NCBI GenBank assembly: GCA_040756875.1
Contig: JBFLYH010000002.1
Coordinates: 959,078 to 1,023,077, forward strand
DNA from: a candidate division FCPU426 bacterium
GTDB lineage: Bacteria; Oederibacteriota; JAAXVQ01; JAUVAV01
Direction of reading: 5' to 3'
DNA: 64,000 bases
Each line of letters starts with the position of its first letter. Position 1 is the stretch's first letter. The position numbers and the translations under genes are program-made. Below the pieces are notes generated by a model. The model saw nothing but the letters and a program-made list of their open reading frames with translations, was not told where the DNA came from and did no database searches. Below, piece after piece: positions 9,184 to 17,878 of the stretch.

Positions 9184-9957
9184 ATGGAAGCGTTGATTCC
9201 TCTTACGCAAGGGTATCTTCTGGGCCTGGGCCGGGTTCTGGCCCTGGTCATGGTGGCGCCGGTGATCGGCGGACCCATGGTGCCCGGCCGCGTGAAAATC
9301 ATGTTGGCCCTGGCTTTGACTACGGTCTGCGCAGGAGGGAGCACGCTGCCTGCCGCGCCCGCCGGTTTGTCCTGGCTGGCCCTGGCCTTGCTGCTCGCCA
9401 AGGAGACGGCCGTGGGGCTGGGGCTGGGTTTTACCCTGGTGCTGGCTTTGGCCGCGATTCAGGCGGCCGGGGATCTGCTGGGATTCCAGATGCTCTTTTC
9501 GCTGGGCAACACTTTTTTTCCGCTGACCGAAGAGCAGAGCAGTCTGACGGGAAACTGGTTTTACCTGCTGGGGCTCATGGTGTTTCTCAGCCTGGACGGG
9601 CACCATTGGCTGATTCGCGCTCTGGCCGCGAGTTTTCGTGCGGTTCCGGTATGGTCCATGCCGGGCGGCGGAGGCGACGTGGCCTGGTGGCTGCAACAAA
9701 GCGGGCGCTTGTTCGTGCTGGGGCTGCAGATGTCCCTGCCCGTTCTGGCGGCTCTGGTCATCACCAACCTGTCGCTGGGCATGATCGCGAAAACCATGCC
9801 GCAACTCAACATTTTCATCGTGGGCATGCCGGTGCAGGTGTGGGTGGCGTTTCTGTTGATCCTGCTGGCCCTGCCGCCGCTCTTGGGGGCCGAGGCCGAG
9901 GTGTTCAAGGGCTGGGCCCGCGAAACCGCAGGCTGGATCAGACAGCTGGCACCATAA
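9184..9957 (+). CDS. fliR: Flagellar export gate protein
   Basis: Hydrophobic; LDGHHWLI, KTMPQLNIFIVGMP. Confidence 0.92.
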   Translation: MEALIPLTQGYLLGLGRVLALVMVAPVIGGPMVPGRVKIMLALALTTVCAGGSTLPAAPAGLSWLALALLLAKETAVGLGLGFTLVLALAAIQAAGDLLGFQMLFSLGNTFFPLTEEQSSLTGNWFYLLGLMVFLSLDGHHWLIRALAASFRAVPVWSMPGGGGDVAWWLQQSGRLFVLGLQMSLPVLAALVITNLSLGMIAKTMPQLNIFIVGMPVQVWVAFLLILLALPPLLGAEAEVFKGWARETAGWIRQLAP

Positions 9958-9966
9958 TTTGAATTC

Positions 9967-9994
9967 GTAGGGGCGTTTAATTGAACGCCCCTAC
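9967..9994. repeat. GTAG-type REP-like palindrome
   Basis: GTAGGGGCGTT-TAATTG-AACGCCCCTAC; degenerate copy at 21710-21737. Confidence 0.75.
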
Positions 9995-10006
9995 AAAGGT
10001 TGCTCC

Positions 10007-11074
10007 ATGGCTGACTCCAACAAAACCGAACCGTGTACGCCGAAGAAACGGCGTGACGCGCGCGAGCGCGGAGAGGTTGCCCGCAGCGTCGAACTGTCCG
10101 CAGCCATCAACCTTCTGACCGGGTTTGCGTTGAGCGCGCTGCTGGCCGGCTATTTCGGCCGGCAGTCGCAGCAGATGTTCGAGTCCACGGCCGCCGCCAT
10201 CACGCAGGGGGCGCTGAACGAAGCCGCTCTCACCGCCTGTCTGCGCGGGGCGGGGCAGAACGCCCTGGGGTGCCTGCTGCCCGTGTTGGCCGTCGTGCTG
10301 ATCGTCACGCTCCTGACCGGATACCTGCAGGTGGGCTTTCATATGACGCCCAAGGTGCTCAATCTCAACCTAAACAAGCTCAACCCGATCATGGGTGCCA
10401 AGCGCTTGTTCAGCCTGCGCCCCTGGGTGGAATTGATCAAATCCCTGCTGAAGCTGGGGGTGGCGGGAATCATCGTCTGGCTGACCGTGAAGGAATACTG
10501 GCCGCGGATGCTGCCGCTCCTGGCCGGCCCCCTCTCCGCCTCGCTCCTGCTTGTGGGCAGCCTGTTGTGGTCCATTTTTTGGAAACTGGGGCTGTTTTTC
10601 CTGCTGATCGGCGCGGCTGACTTTGCGTGGCAGCGGTTCGACTTTGAAAGAAAGATGCGCATGACCAAACAGGAAGTGCGCGACGAATACCGCCAGAACG
10701 AAGGCGACGCCCAGGTCCGCTCTTTGCGGCGGAGCCGGCACCGCCGCCTGAGCCAGAACCGGCTGGCTGTGGCCGTGGCCAAGGCTGACGTCGTCACCAC
10801 CAACCCCACCCATTACGCCGTGGCCTTGCGCTATGAGCAACGGCGCATGCGGGCGCCCAAAGTAGTGGCCAAGGGCGAGCGGCTGTGGGCCAAGATGATC
10901 GTGCGTCTGGCGCGGCGCCACCAGGTCCCGGTGGTGGAGAACAAAGTCCTGACGCGCGCGTTGTTCAAATCCGTGGAGGTCGGGCGCGAGATTCCGCCGT
11001 CCCTGTACCGCGCGGTGGCCGAATTGCTGGCCATGATTTACCGCTTGCGTTCCGCGAGAAGGAACCGCCCATGA
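10007..11074 (+). CDS. flhB: Flagellar export switch protein
   Basis: KTEPCTPKK, MTKQEVRDEYRQNEGD, NPTH autocleavage motif. Confidence 0.95.
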   Translation: MADSNKTEPCTPKKRRDARERGEVARSVELSAAINLLTGFALSALLAGYFGRQSQQMFESTAAAITQGALNEAALTACLRGAGQNALGCLLPVLAVVLIVTLLTGYLQVGFHMTPKVLNLNLNKLNPIMGAKRLFSLRPWVELIKSLLKLGVAGIIVWLTVKEYWPRMLPLLAGPLSASLLLVGSLLWSIFWKLGLFFLLIGAADFAWQRFDFERKMRMTKQEVRDEYRQNEGDAQVRSLRRSRHRRLSQNRLAVAVAKADVVTTNPTHYAVALRYEQRRMRAPKVVAKGERLWAKMIVRLARRHQVPVVENKVLTRALFKSVEVGREIPPSLYRAVAELLAMIYRLRSARRNRP

Positions 11075-13149
11075 GCGCGCCGCGTCCTGCCTGGCTGGGC
11101 CGCGTGGGGGAGATGAGCGTGGTCGGGGGCATTATCCTGCTCCTGGTCATCATGGTCATCCCCATGCCCACCAGCCTGCTTTCCCTGCTGCTGGTGGTCA
11201 ATCTCAGCCTGGCCCTGGTAATCCTGATGGTGTCGGTGTACATCGGCAAGCCGCTGGAATTTTCCTCCTTCCCCTCGCTGTTGCTGATCATGACCCTGTT
11301 CGATCTGACCCTCCACATTGCCTCGACCCGCAAGATCCTCACCGAAAGCAACGCCGGCGAAGTGATCCGCGGGTTCGGCGAGGTCATGACCGGCGGCAAC
11401 CCCGGGGTGGGGCTGGTCCTGTTCGTCATTATCACCATCGTGCAGTTCGTGGTCATTACCAAGGGCGCGGAGCGCATTTCCGAAGTTTCCGCCCGGTTTA
11501 CCCTGGACGCCATGCCGGGCAAGCAGATGTCCATCGATGCGGACCTCAACGCCGGCCTAATCAGCAACGAGGAAGCCAAGGCCCGCCGCGCCGAGATCGG
11601 CGAGGAGGCCAATTTTTACGGGGCCATGGACGGGGCCAGCAAATTCGTGAAGGGAAACGTGATCGCGGCGTTCGTGATCATCGTCATCAACATCGTGGGC
11701 GGGCTTCTGGTCGGCTTGTTCAAGCAGAAAATGGCCTGGGGCGAAATCTTCTACACCTACACGTTGCTCACCATCGGCGAAGGCCTGGTCATCATCCTGC
11801 CTTCTTTCCTGGTGGCCGTGGCTTCGGCCATCATCATCACGCGGGCCGCCTCGCGTTCGAATCTGGGCGCGGACTCCCTGCGCCAGATCGTGGCCAAGCC
11901 GCAGGCCCTGATGATCGTGGCGGCGGCCACGTTCCTTTTCGGGTTTGCAGGTTTGTTCACGGAATTGCCGGTGCTGCCCTTCTGGATCATGTCCGCCCTG
12001 TTAGGCGGCGGCGCCCGGCTCGTGCAGACCTGGCAGCGGCAAGAGGACGAGGCCGCTGCCGCGCAGCAGGCAACCAAGCCGGAAGAGCCGGCTGAATTTG
12101 TGGCGCCCTTTCTGCTCGTGCCTCCGGTGGAACTCGAACTGGGGCACGGTTTGCTGGGCCTGGTGGACGCCGAACGGCAGAACGGGTTGCTGCACCGGAT
12201 CCGCATGATCCGCCAGAACCTCGCCGTGGAACTGGGCGTCGTGGTGCCTCCCATCCGCGTCAAAGACAACATCAAGCTGCCGACCAACGGCTACGCCATC
12301 CGCATCAAGGGCGTGGAGCGGGCCCTGGCGGAGATCTATCCGGGCCATTACCTGGCGCTGGCCAGCGGCGGCCAGGCGGCCGGACAGCAGCTCCCGGGCA
12401 TCAAGACCAAGGAGCCGACGTTCCAGCTGGACGCGGTCTGGGTCACCGAAGGCTGGAAGGATCGGGCGGAGCTCGCGGGGTACACAGTGGTGGACGCGGC
12501 CACCGTGCTGGTCACCAATTTGATGGAAGTCCTGCGCGCCCACGCGCACGAGATCCTGGGCCGCCAGGAGGTGCAGGTGCTGATCGACCATCTGCGCCCC
12601 ACCAATCCGGCCGTGATCGAGGAACTGCTGCCCAACGTACTGTCCGCCGGCGAAGTGCAGCAGGTGCTTAGAAATCTCCTGCGCGAGCGGGTGCCCATCC
12701 GCGATTTGGTGACCATCCTGGAGACCTTGTCCCAGGCGGCGCGCATGACCAAGGATGCCGATTTGCTGACCGAACAGGTCCGCCTGGCGCTGGGCAGCAC
12801 CATTTGCCAGCAGTTCCAGAGCGACAAGAATTTGCTGTCGGTCGTCACCGTGGATCCGGCGATCGAGCGCCTGATCGCAGACTCCACCCAAAACACGGCC
12901 CACGGGTACACCTACAGCGTAGAGCCGGGAATTCTGCAGAAACTGTACACCCAGCTGACGCAGCTCATGGGCCGGATCATGCCCAGGCTCAAGCAGCCGG
13001 TGGTACTGTGCTCGCCGCAGGTGCGGATGCATTTCAAGCGCATGACGGAAAGGGTGTTTCCGCAGCTGGTCGTGCTGTCCTACAACGAGATACCGCAGCA
13101 GATGAAAGTGCAGTCGCTGGGCATGCTGGAGATGCCGGCGGGCGCTTAA
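11071..13149 (+). CDS. flhA: Flagellar export protein
   Basis: EVSARFTLDAMPGKQMSIDADLNAG, FYGAMDGASKFVKG, LLRERVPIRDL, VLSYNEI. Confidence 0.95.
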   Translation: MSAPRPAWLGRVGEMSVVGGIILLLVIMVIPMPTSLLSLLLVVNLSLALVILMVSVYIGKPLEFSSFPSLLLIMTLFDLTLHIASTRKILTESNAGEVIRGFGEVMTGGNPGVGLVLFVIITIVQFVVITKGAERISEVSARFTLDAMPGKQMSIDADLNAGLISNEEAKARRAEIGEEANFYGAMDGASKFVKGNVIAAFVIIVINIVGGLLVGLFKQKMAWGEIFYTYTLLTIGEGLVIILPSFLVAVASAIIITRAASRSNLGADSLRQIVAKPQALMIVAAATFLFGFAGLFTELPVLPFWIMSALLGGGARLVQTWQRQEDEAAAAQQATKPEEPAEFVAPFLLVPPVELELGHGLLGLVDAERQNGLLHRIRMIRQNLAVELGVVVPPIRVKDNIKLPTNGYAIRIKGVERALAEIYPGHYLALASGGQAAGQQLPGIKTKEPTFQLDAVWVTEGWKDRAELAGYTVVDAATVLVTNLMEVLRAHAHEILGRQEVQVLIDHLRPTNPAVIEELLPNVLSAGEVQQVLRNLLRERVPIRDLVTILETLSQAARMTKDADLLTEQVRLALGSTICQQFQSDKNLLSVVTVDPAIERLIADSTQNTAHGYTYSVEPGILQKLYTQLTQLMGRIMPRLKQPVVLCSPQVRMHFKRMTERVFPQLVVLSYNEIPQQMKVQSLGMLEMPAGA

Positions 13150-13174
13150 GCCGGGGGAGAAACGCGGGGGTTCC

Positions 13175-14662
13175 ATGGAACGGACGAAACGCCTGAAGAT
13201 CGTGGCCATCGACGACGAGCCGGAGATTTGCTGGCTGTTGACCCGCATTCTCGAGGAGGAGGGGCACCTGCCGCTGGTGGCGGACAACGGCCCCGAAGGC
13301 CTGGAGCTCGTCCGGCGGGAAAATCCGGACCTGGTCTTCCTGGATTTGCGCCTCCCGGGCATGGACGGCCTGGAAGTGCTGCGCCAGATCCGCGAGTTCG
13401 ACCAGGACCTGATGGTCATCATCCTTTCGGCCTTTGAAAGCTTCGAGGCTGCGGTGCAGTCCATGAAGCTGGGCTCGTACGATTTTTTAACCAAGCCGAT
13501 CAACGTGGAGGAGATGAAGATCACCCTTAAAAACGCCCTGCGCACCAAGCGCCTGCTCAGCGAAGTGAGCCATCTGCGGCGCCGCATGGCGCAGAGCGAG
13601 GAAGCCAGCCAGCTGATCGGCTCCTGCCCGGCCATGCAGCAGCTTATCAAGCAGATCGACCTGGTGAGCCAGCACAACATCTCCGTGCTCATTCTGGGCG
13701 AAAGCGGAACGGGCAAGGAACTGGTCGCCCGGGCCGTGCATTTTAAAAGCGGACGCCGGGAAGAGCCCCTGGTGTGCATCGACTGCTCGACCATTCCCGA
13801 AAACCTGATCGAGAGCGAACTCTTCGGCTACGAGCGGGGCGCGTTCACGGGCGCGGGGGAGCGCAAAATCGGACGGCTGGAAATGGCCAACCGCGGCACC
13901 CTGTTTCTGGACGAGATCGGCAATATGTCGCCCGCCCTGCAGATCAAGCTGCTTCGCGTCATCCAGGAGCGCACGCTGGTGCGCCTGGGCGGCAAGACTG
14001 CCGTGGCCATCGACATCCGCCTGATCACGGCCACCAACCAGGACCTGCGCCAGGGCATCAGCGCGGGCACGTTCCGGGAGGACCTGTATTACCGCCTGAA
14101 TGAATACGCGCTGGAGCTGCCGTCCCTGCGGGAGCGGGGCGAAGACATCCGGTTGCTCGCCAAGTATTTCCTCGACAAGTTCAACCGCGAGTTCGGCAAG
14201 TCCATCCGCGGCCTGAACCCCGCGGCCCTGGCCTGCCTGGAGGGATATCCCTGGCCGGGAAACGTGCGGGAGTTGCAGGCGGTCATGAAGCGCGCCGCGA
14301 TTCTGGCCACGGACGCCGTCCAACCGGAACACCTGCCCGAAGCCGTGACCGGACGCAACACCGCCAGCCGTCCGTCGGCGCTGCTGATTCAGACCGATTT
14401 GAACGAGATCCGCCCGATCAAAGAGGTGTCGCGGGAAGTCGTGGCCCAGATCGAACGCGAATTAATCCAGCGAGCGCTGGAACGCAGCGGAGGCAACAAA
14501 CTCAAAACCGCGCGCTGGCTGGGCATCGACTACAAGACGCTGTTCAACAAACTCAAGCAGTACCGGATAGACAACAGCGGTTGGGAGCAGGCTCCGCTCG
14601 TGCCGACGGAGGCCTGGCAACCCACGGGGCTCGACGCCGCCCCCGGAGGGGGACAGCCATGA
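13175..14662 (+). CDS. NtrC-family sigma54-dependent response regulator (REC-AAA+-HTH)
   Basis: REC (DDE, LDL, KP), GESGTGKE, GAFTGA, FREDLYYRL, WPGNVREL, Fis-type HTH. Confidence 0.93.
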   Translation: MERTKRLKIVAIDDEPEICWLLTRILEEEGHLPLVADNGPEGLELVRRENPDLVFLDLRLPGMDGLEVLRQIREFDQDLMVIILSAFESFEAAVQSMKLGSYDFLTKPINVEEMKITLKNALRTKRLLSEVSHLRRRMAQSEEASQLIGSCPAMQQLIKQIDLVSQHNISVLILGESGTGKELVARAVHFKSGRREEPLVCIDCSTIPENLIESELFGYERGAFTGAGERKIGRLEMANRGTLFLDEIGNMSPALQIKLLRVIQERTLVRLGGKTAVAIDIRLITATNQDLRQGISAGTFREDLYYRLNEYALELPSLRERGEDIRLLAKYFLDKFNREFGKSIRGLNPAALACLEGYPWPGNVRELQAVMKRAAILATDAVQPEHLPEAVTGRNTASRPSALLIQTDLNEIRPIKEVSREVVAQIERELIQRALERSGGNKLKTARWLGIDYKTLFNKLKQYRIDNSGWEQAPLVPTEAWQPTGLDAAPGGGQP

Positions 14663-15054
14663 ACTGGATTTGGAATTTGTGGCGCGTGGCCATTTACTGG
14701 GGCTTGGCCCTGGTTCTGGGTTGGTGCGCGCTTTTCGGCGGCACGGTGCTGGGCTTTCTCGGGCGGGCGGCGGAAGCCATGCTTCTGCTCGGCGGCATCG
14801 CGCTGGCGGTTGTGGCCCTGGTCAACCGGTGCTGGCATCTGGCGGCGAAACCTGCTTCGATTGAACCCAAGCCTCCGGCCGCAGGGGGTGCGAAGTCCCC
14901 GGCCGTAGCGGGTGCGAAGTCCCCGGCCGTAGCGGGTGCGAAGTCCCCGGCCATAGCGGGGGCGAAGTCCCCGGCGGTCACGGGTGCTAAGCCTCAGGCG
15001 GCAACCGCCGCCAAAACGCCGGCGCTGGCCGGAACCGGACAGAAGGGAGTGTAA
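14659..15054 (+). CDS. Hypothetical two-TM protein with AGAKSPAV repeat tail
   Basis: ATGA overlap with upstream gene, GGAGG RBS; ends 3 nt before fliA. Confidence 0.6.
   Translation: MNWIWNLWRVAIYWGLALVLGWCALFGGTVLGFLGRAAEAMLLLGGIALAVVALVNRCWHLAAKPASIEPKPPAAGGAKSPAVAGAKSPAVAGAKSPAIAGAKSPAVTGAKPQAATAAKTPALAGTGQKGV
14887..14990 (+). repeat. 24-bp in-frame tandem repeat (~4.3 copies)
   Basis: GGTGCGAAGTCCCCGGCCGTAGCG unit encoding GAKSPAVA. Confidence 0.9.
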
Positions 15055-15057
15055 CGC

Positions 15058-15834
15058 ATGCAGGCCGAAGAACGGCGCGATTGGGACGCGTATCAAAAAC
15101 AGGGAGACCGGCAGGCCCATGCCCGGTTGTGCGAACGTTACCTCCCTGACGTGCGCCGGCTGGTCGGCCGCATGGCCATCTACCTGGGAGACGGTGTCTT
15201 GGACCGGGAGGACCTGATCCAGGCCGGCGTGATCGGGCTGATCCAGGCGATCGACCTGTACGATCCCGAACAATCCGTGCCGTTTATTGATTACGCGCGC
15301 AAGCGCATCCGCGGCGCGGTGTACGACGAGCTGCGGGCCCTGGACGGGTACTCTTCCCGCTCCCGGCGCCAGCAGCAGAGCCTGGAACGCATCCGGAACG
15401 TGCTGCAGCAGAAACTGCTGCGGATGCCGAGCGAGGAGGAAATCGCGGAGGAGATGGGCGTCAGCCTGGACCAGCTTCACCAGCTGCAGGCCAGTCTGCC
15501 GGCCATCCACACCGAGCCGCTGGACGCGGACCATGCCGAGGAGTTAGGCGTGCAGCACGGCCCGGGCAAGATCCGCAACTGGATTCCCGGCGCGGACGGG
15601 TGGTCCATGGCGGAAAAGTTTCAATTCGTCGCCCAGCGGATCGAGACGCTGCCCGAACGGGCCCAGATCGTGCTCGGCTTGTACTATCGCGACGGTCTGA
15701 CTTTGCGCGAAATCGCCGAGGTTCTGGACCTGACCGAAGCCCGGATCTGCCAGATTCACTCTGCGGCCCTGGAGGTGCTGGAACAGCAGCTCCAGGACCT
15801 GAGCGGCGCTTTCGTGTCGGAGCTGACGAAATGA
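15058..15834 (+). CDS. fliA: RNA polymerase sigma factor FliA/WhiG (sigma28)
   Basis: DLIQAGVIGLIQAID.YDP, RIRGAVYDELR.LD, LTLREIAEVLDLTEARICQIHS. Confidence 0.92.
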   Translation: MQAEERRDWDAYQKQGDRQAHARLCERYLPDVRRLVGRMAIYLGDGVLDREDLIQAGVIGLIQAIDLYDPEQSVPFIDYARKRIRGAVYDELRALDGYSSRSRRQQQSLERIRNVLQQKLLRMPSEEEIAEEMGVSLDQLHQLQASLPAIHTEPLDADHAEELGVQHGPGKIRNWIPGADGWSMAEKFQFVAQRIETLPERAQIVLGLYYRDGLTLREIAEVLDLTEARICQIHSAALEVLEQQLQDLSGAFVSELTK

Positions 15835-15844
15835 GGTGACGGCC

Positions 15845-16162
15845 ATGGTGGAACCTCTGGACGCCCAAAATTTATTCAGCCGGACTCCCCTGGTGGAGAA
15901 GACCGCGGCCGCCCAACGGGACCAGGCCGCGCACCTCAATCTTCCGGCCCGGCAGATGGAAAAGGACGCGCAACACATGCCCGGCGGAGTGGAAATGCAC
16001 CGCCAGGTGCAGAAGACAGAAGACCGGGACCCGGGCCGGTCCGGCCAGGGAAACCGTTCCGGAAGCCATGGGACCCAGGCGGATGCGCCCTCGCCGATCG
16101 AGGTGACCGAGGTGCAGGAAGAGGCTGAGACGCCGGCGCATGAGCTGGACATTACGATTTAA
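15845..16162 (+). CDS. Hypothetical hydrophilic protein
   Basis: GAGGTG RBS; in-operon; ends in ELDITI. Confidence 0.6.
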   Translation: MVEPLDAQNLFSRTPLVEKTAAAQRDQAAHLNLPARQMEKDAQHMPGGVEMHRQVQKTEDRDPGRSGQGNRSGSHGTQADAPSPIEVTEVQEEAETPAHELDITI

Positions 16163-16231
16163 GGGAGACACCGTCCCCAAGCGGCGCGGGATGCGGCGAA
16201 GGACGATGCCATGCGGAGGACGGAGGTGGAT

Positions 16232-16951
16232 ATGCCTCACAGGACGGAACGTTCTGAAACCATGCGGATCGAGCAGGTGTTTTCGCCCCACAGCCTGCTG
16301 CGCCTGATTTACTTGGACCAGCACCGGCCCGTGCAATTCAAGGCGCGCGTGGTCGGCGGCGAATCCGGCCGCCTGGAGTTGGAGTTGCCGGAAGGATGGT
16401 GGCGGCTGCGCGCCGAAGGCGCCAGGACGCAGACCGTTCGCCTCATGCGCCTTTTTCAAGGCGGGCTTTACACGCAGGAAGCCGTCATCCGCGAAGAGCG
16501 CCCCCAGGGCTCCCACCTGGTGGTGGAACTGACCGGGGAGCTTCAACGCAGCCAGCGCAGGCAATTCTACCGCGTGCCCGTGGGAACCACGCTGCAGGCG
16601 GAGGAAATGCCGGCCCGGGGCGGAACGGCCGGGGAGGCATTGCAGATGACGCTGGAGGACATCAGCGCCGGGGGCGCGGGCCTCGTGGTGCCGGTGTTTC
16701 TGGCGCCCGGCAACCGCCTGCGCCTGAAAAAGGCGCCCGCGCTGCCGGGCGGATTGGAAGCGCACTGGCCCGCGGAGCTGGAGGTGGTTTGGTGCCGGGT
16801 GCGGCGGCCGCACGGCTTCCGCGTGGGCGCGCGCTTTGTATTCGCCACGGACCTGGAACAGGAAACCCTGGCGCGGATGATAAACCGCTTGCAGCTTAAA
16901 CGGCGCGCTGCTTATTACCACGTTTCTCTGGACGACACCTGGGCGGCCTAG
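16232..16951 (+). CDS. PilZ-domain (YcgR-like) c-di-GMP receptor
   Basis: QRRQFYR (RxxxR) and DISAGG (DxSxxG) motifs; start codon uncertain. Confidence 0.82.
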   Translation: MPHRTERSETMRIEQVFSPHSLLRLIYLDQHRPVQFKARVVGGESGRLELELPEGWWRLRAEGARTQTVRLMRLFQGGLYTQEAVIREERPQGSHLVVELTGELQRSQRRQFYRVPVGTTLQAEEMPARGGTAGEALQMTLEDISAGGAGLVVPVFLAPGNRLRLKKAPALPGGLEAHWPAELEVVWCRVRRPHGFRVGARFVFATDLEQETLARMINRLQLKRRAAYYHVSLDDTWAA

Positions 16952-17010
16952 CCGCCCGGGTCTCGGGATGCCAGGAAGGTTGCGGGATATTTCGCAGGGA
17001 GGGAAGGCCA

Positions 17011-17865
17011 ATGACAGTAAAAACCATCAATCTGGAAGAAGTGCAGGCCAAAGTCCAGAACGTTTTTCCCATGCCGCAGATCCTGGCCAAAATCATGCGG
17101 GTGGTCAACGATCCCACGGCCAGCGCCGCCACGCTGGAGCAGATCTTCAAATACGAACCCAGTTTCACGCTGAAGATCCTGACCCTGGCCAATTCGGCTT
17201 ACTACGGTTCCCCTGGAAAAATCACGAACATCCGGGCCGCGATCACGCTGCTGGGGTTCAACCTGATCAAAAGCATCGCCATCCACGCCAGCGTCAATGA
17301 GTTTTTCAATTTCGGCACCACCAATTCCATTTTTTCCGGGTACGAATTGTGGAAGCACTCGGTGGGTGTCGGCGTCTGCGCCAAAATGATATCCCGCCGG
17401 TTGAAACTCGGCAATGCCGAGGATTTTTTCACTTTGGGAATTCTGCACGACGTGGGCCTGATCATCGAGTATCAATTCTACCGGGAACCCTTTCTGGCGG
17501 TCATGGCCCGCCTGCAGGGGCGGGTGGCCTCCCTGCTGGAAACGGAACAGGAAATGCTGGGTACGGATCATGCGGCGCTGAGCCAGCTTATATGCGACAA
17601 ATGGAATCTGCCCAAAACCATGGGGCAGGCTTTGCGGTACCATCATGATCCCCTGGAAGCGCCCGCGTCCGTGCAGGCCCAGGCGTGCGCCTTGTACGTG
17701 GCCAATGAAATCGTGAAGCAAAAACAATACGGATTTTTTTACCCCACGCCGGCGGGGTTGGACGCCCGCGCCCAGGAATTGCTGAAAATCAGCGCGGACG
17801 ACTTGGAAGTGCTGGCCGAGGATTTCGATCAGGAAATCCAGGAAATGACCCGGATGCTGGAATAG
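17011..17865 (+). CDS. HDOD-domain protein
   Basis: KILTLANSAYYG, LWKHSVGV, GILHDVG, WNLP, YHH. Confidence 0.9.
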   Translation: MTVKTINLEEVQAKVQNVFPMPQILAKIMRVVNDPTASAATLEQIFKYEPSFTLKILTLANSAYYGSPGKITNIRAAITLLGFNLIKSIAIHASVNEFFNFGTTNSIFSGYELWKHSVGVGVCAKMISRRLKLGNAEDFFTLGILHDVGLIIEYQFYREPFLAVMARLQGRVASLLETEQEMLGTDHAALSQLICDKWNLPKTMGQALRYHHDPLEAPASVQAQACALYVANEIVKQKQYGFFYPTPAGLDARAQELLKISADDLEVLAEDFDQEIQEMTRMLE

Positions 17866-17878
17866 AAAGGATCGACGT

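Noticed and set aside
12001-13794. 597-aa antisense ORF
   Set aside because: Shadow of flhA and the activator gene caused by high-GC codon bias; no motifs
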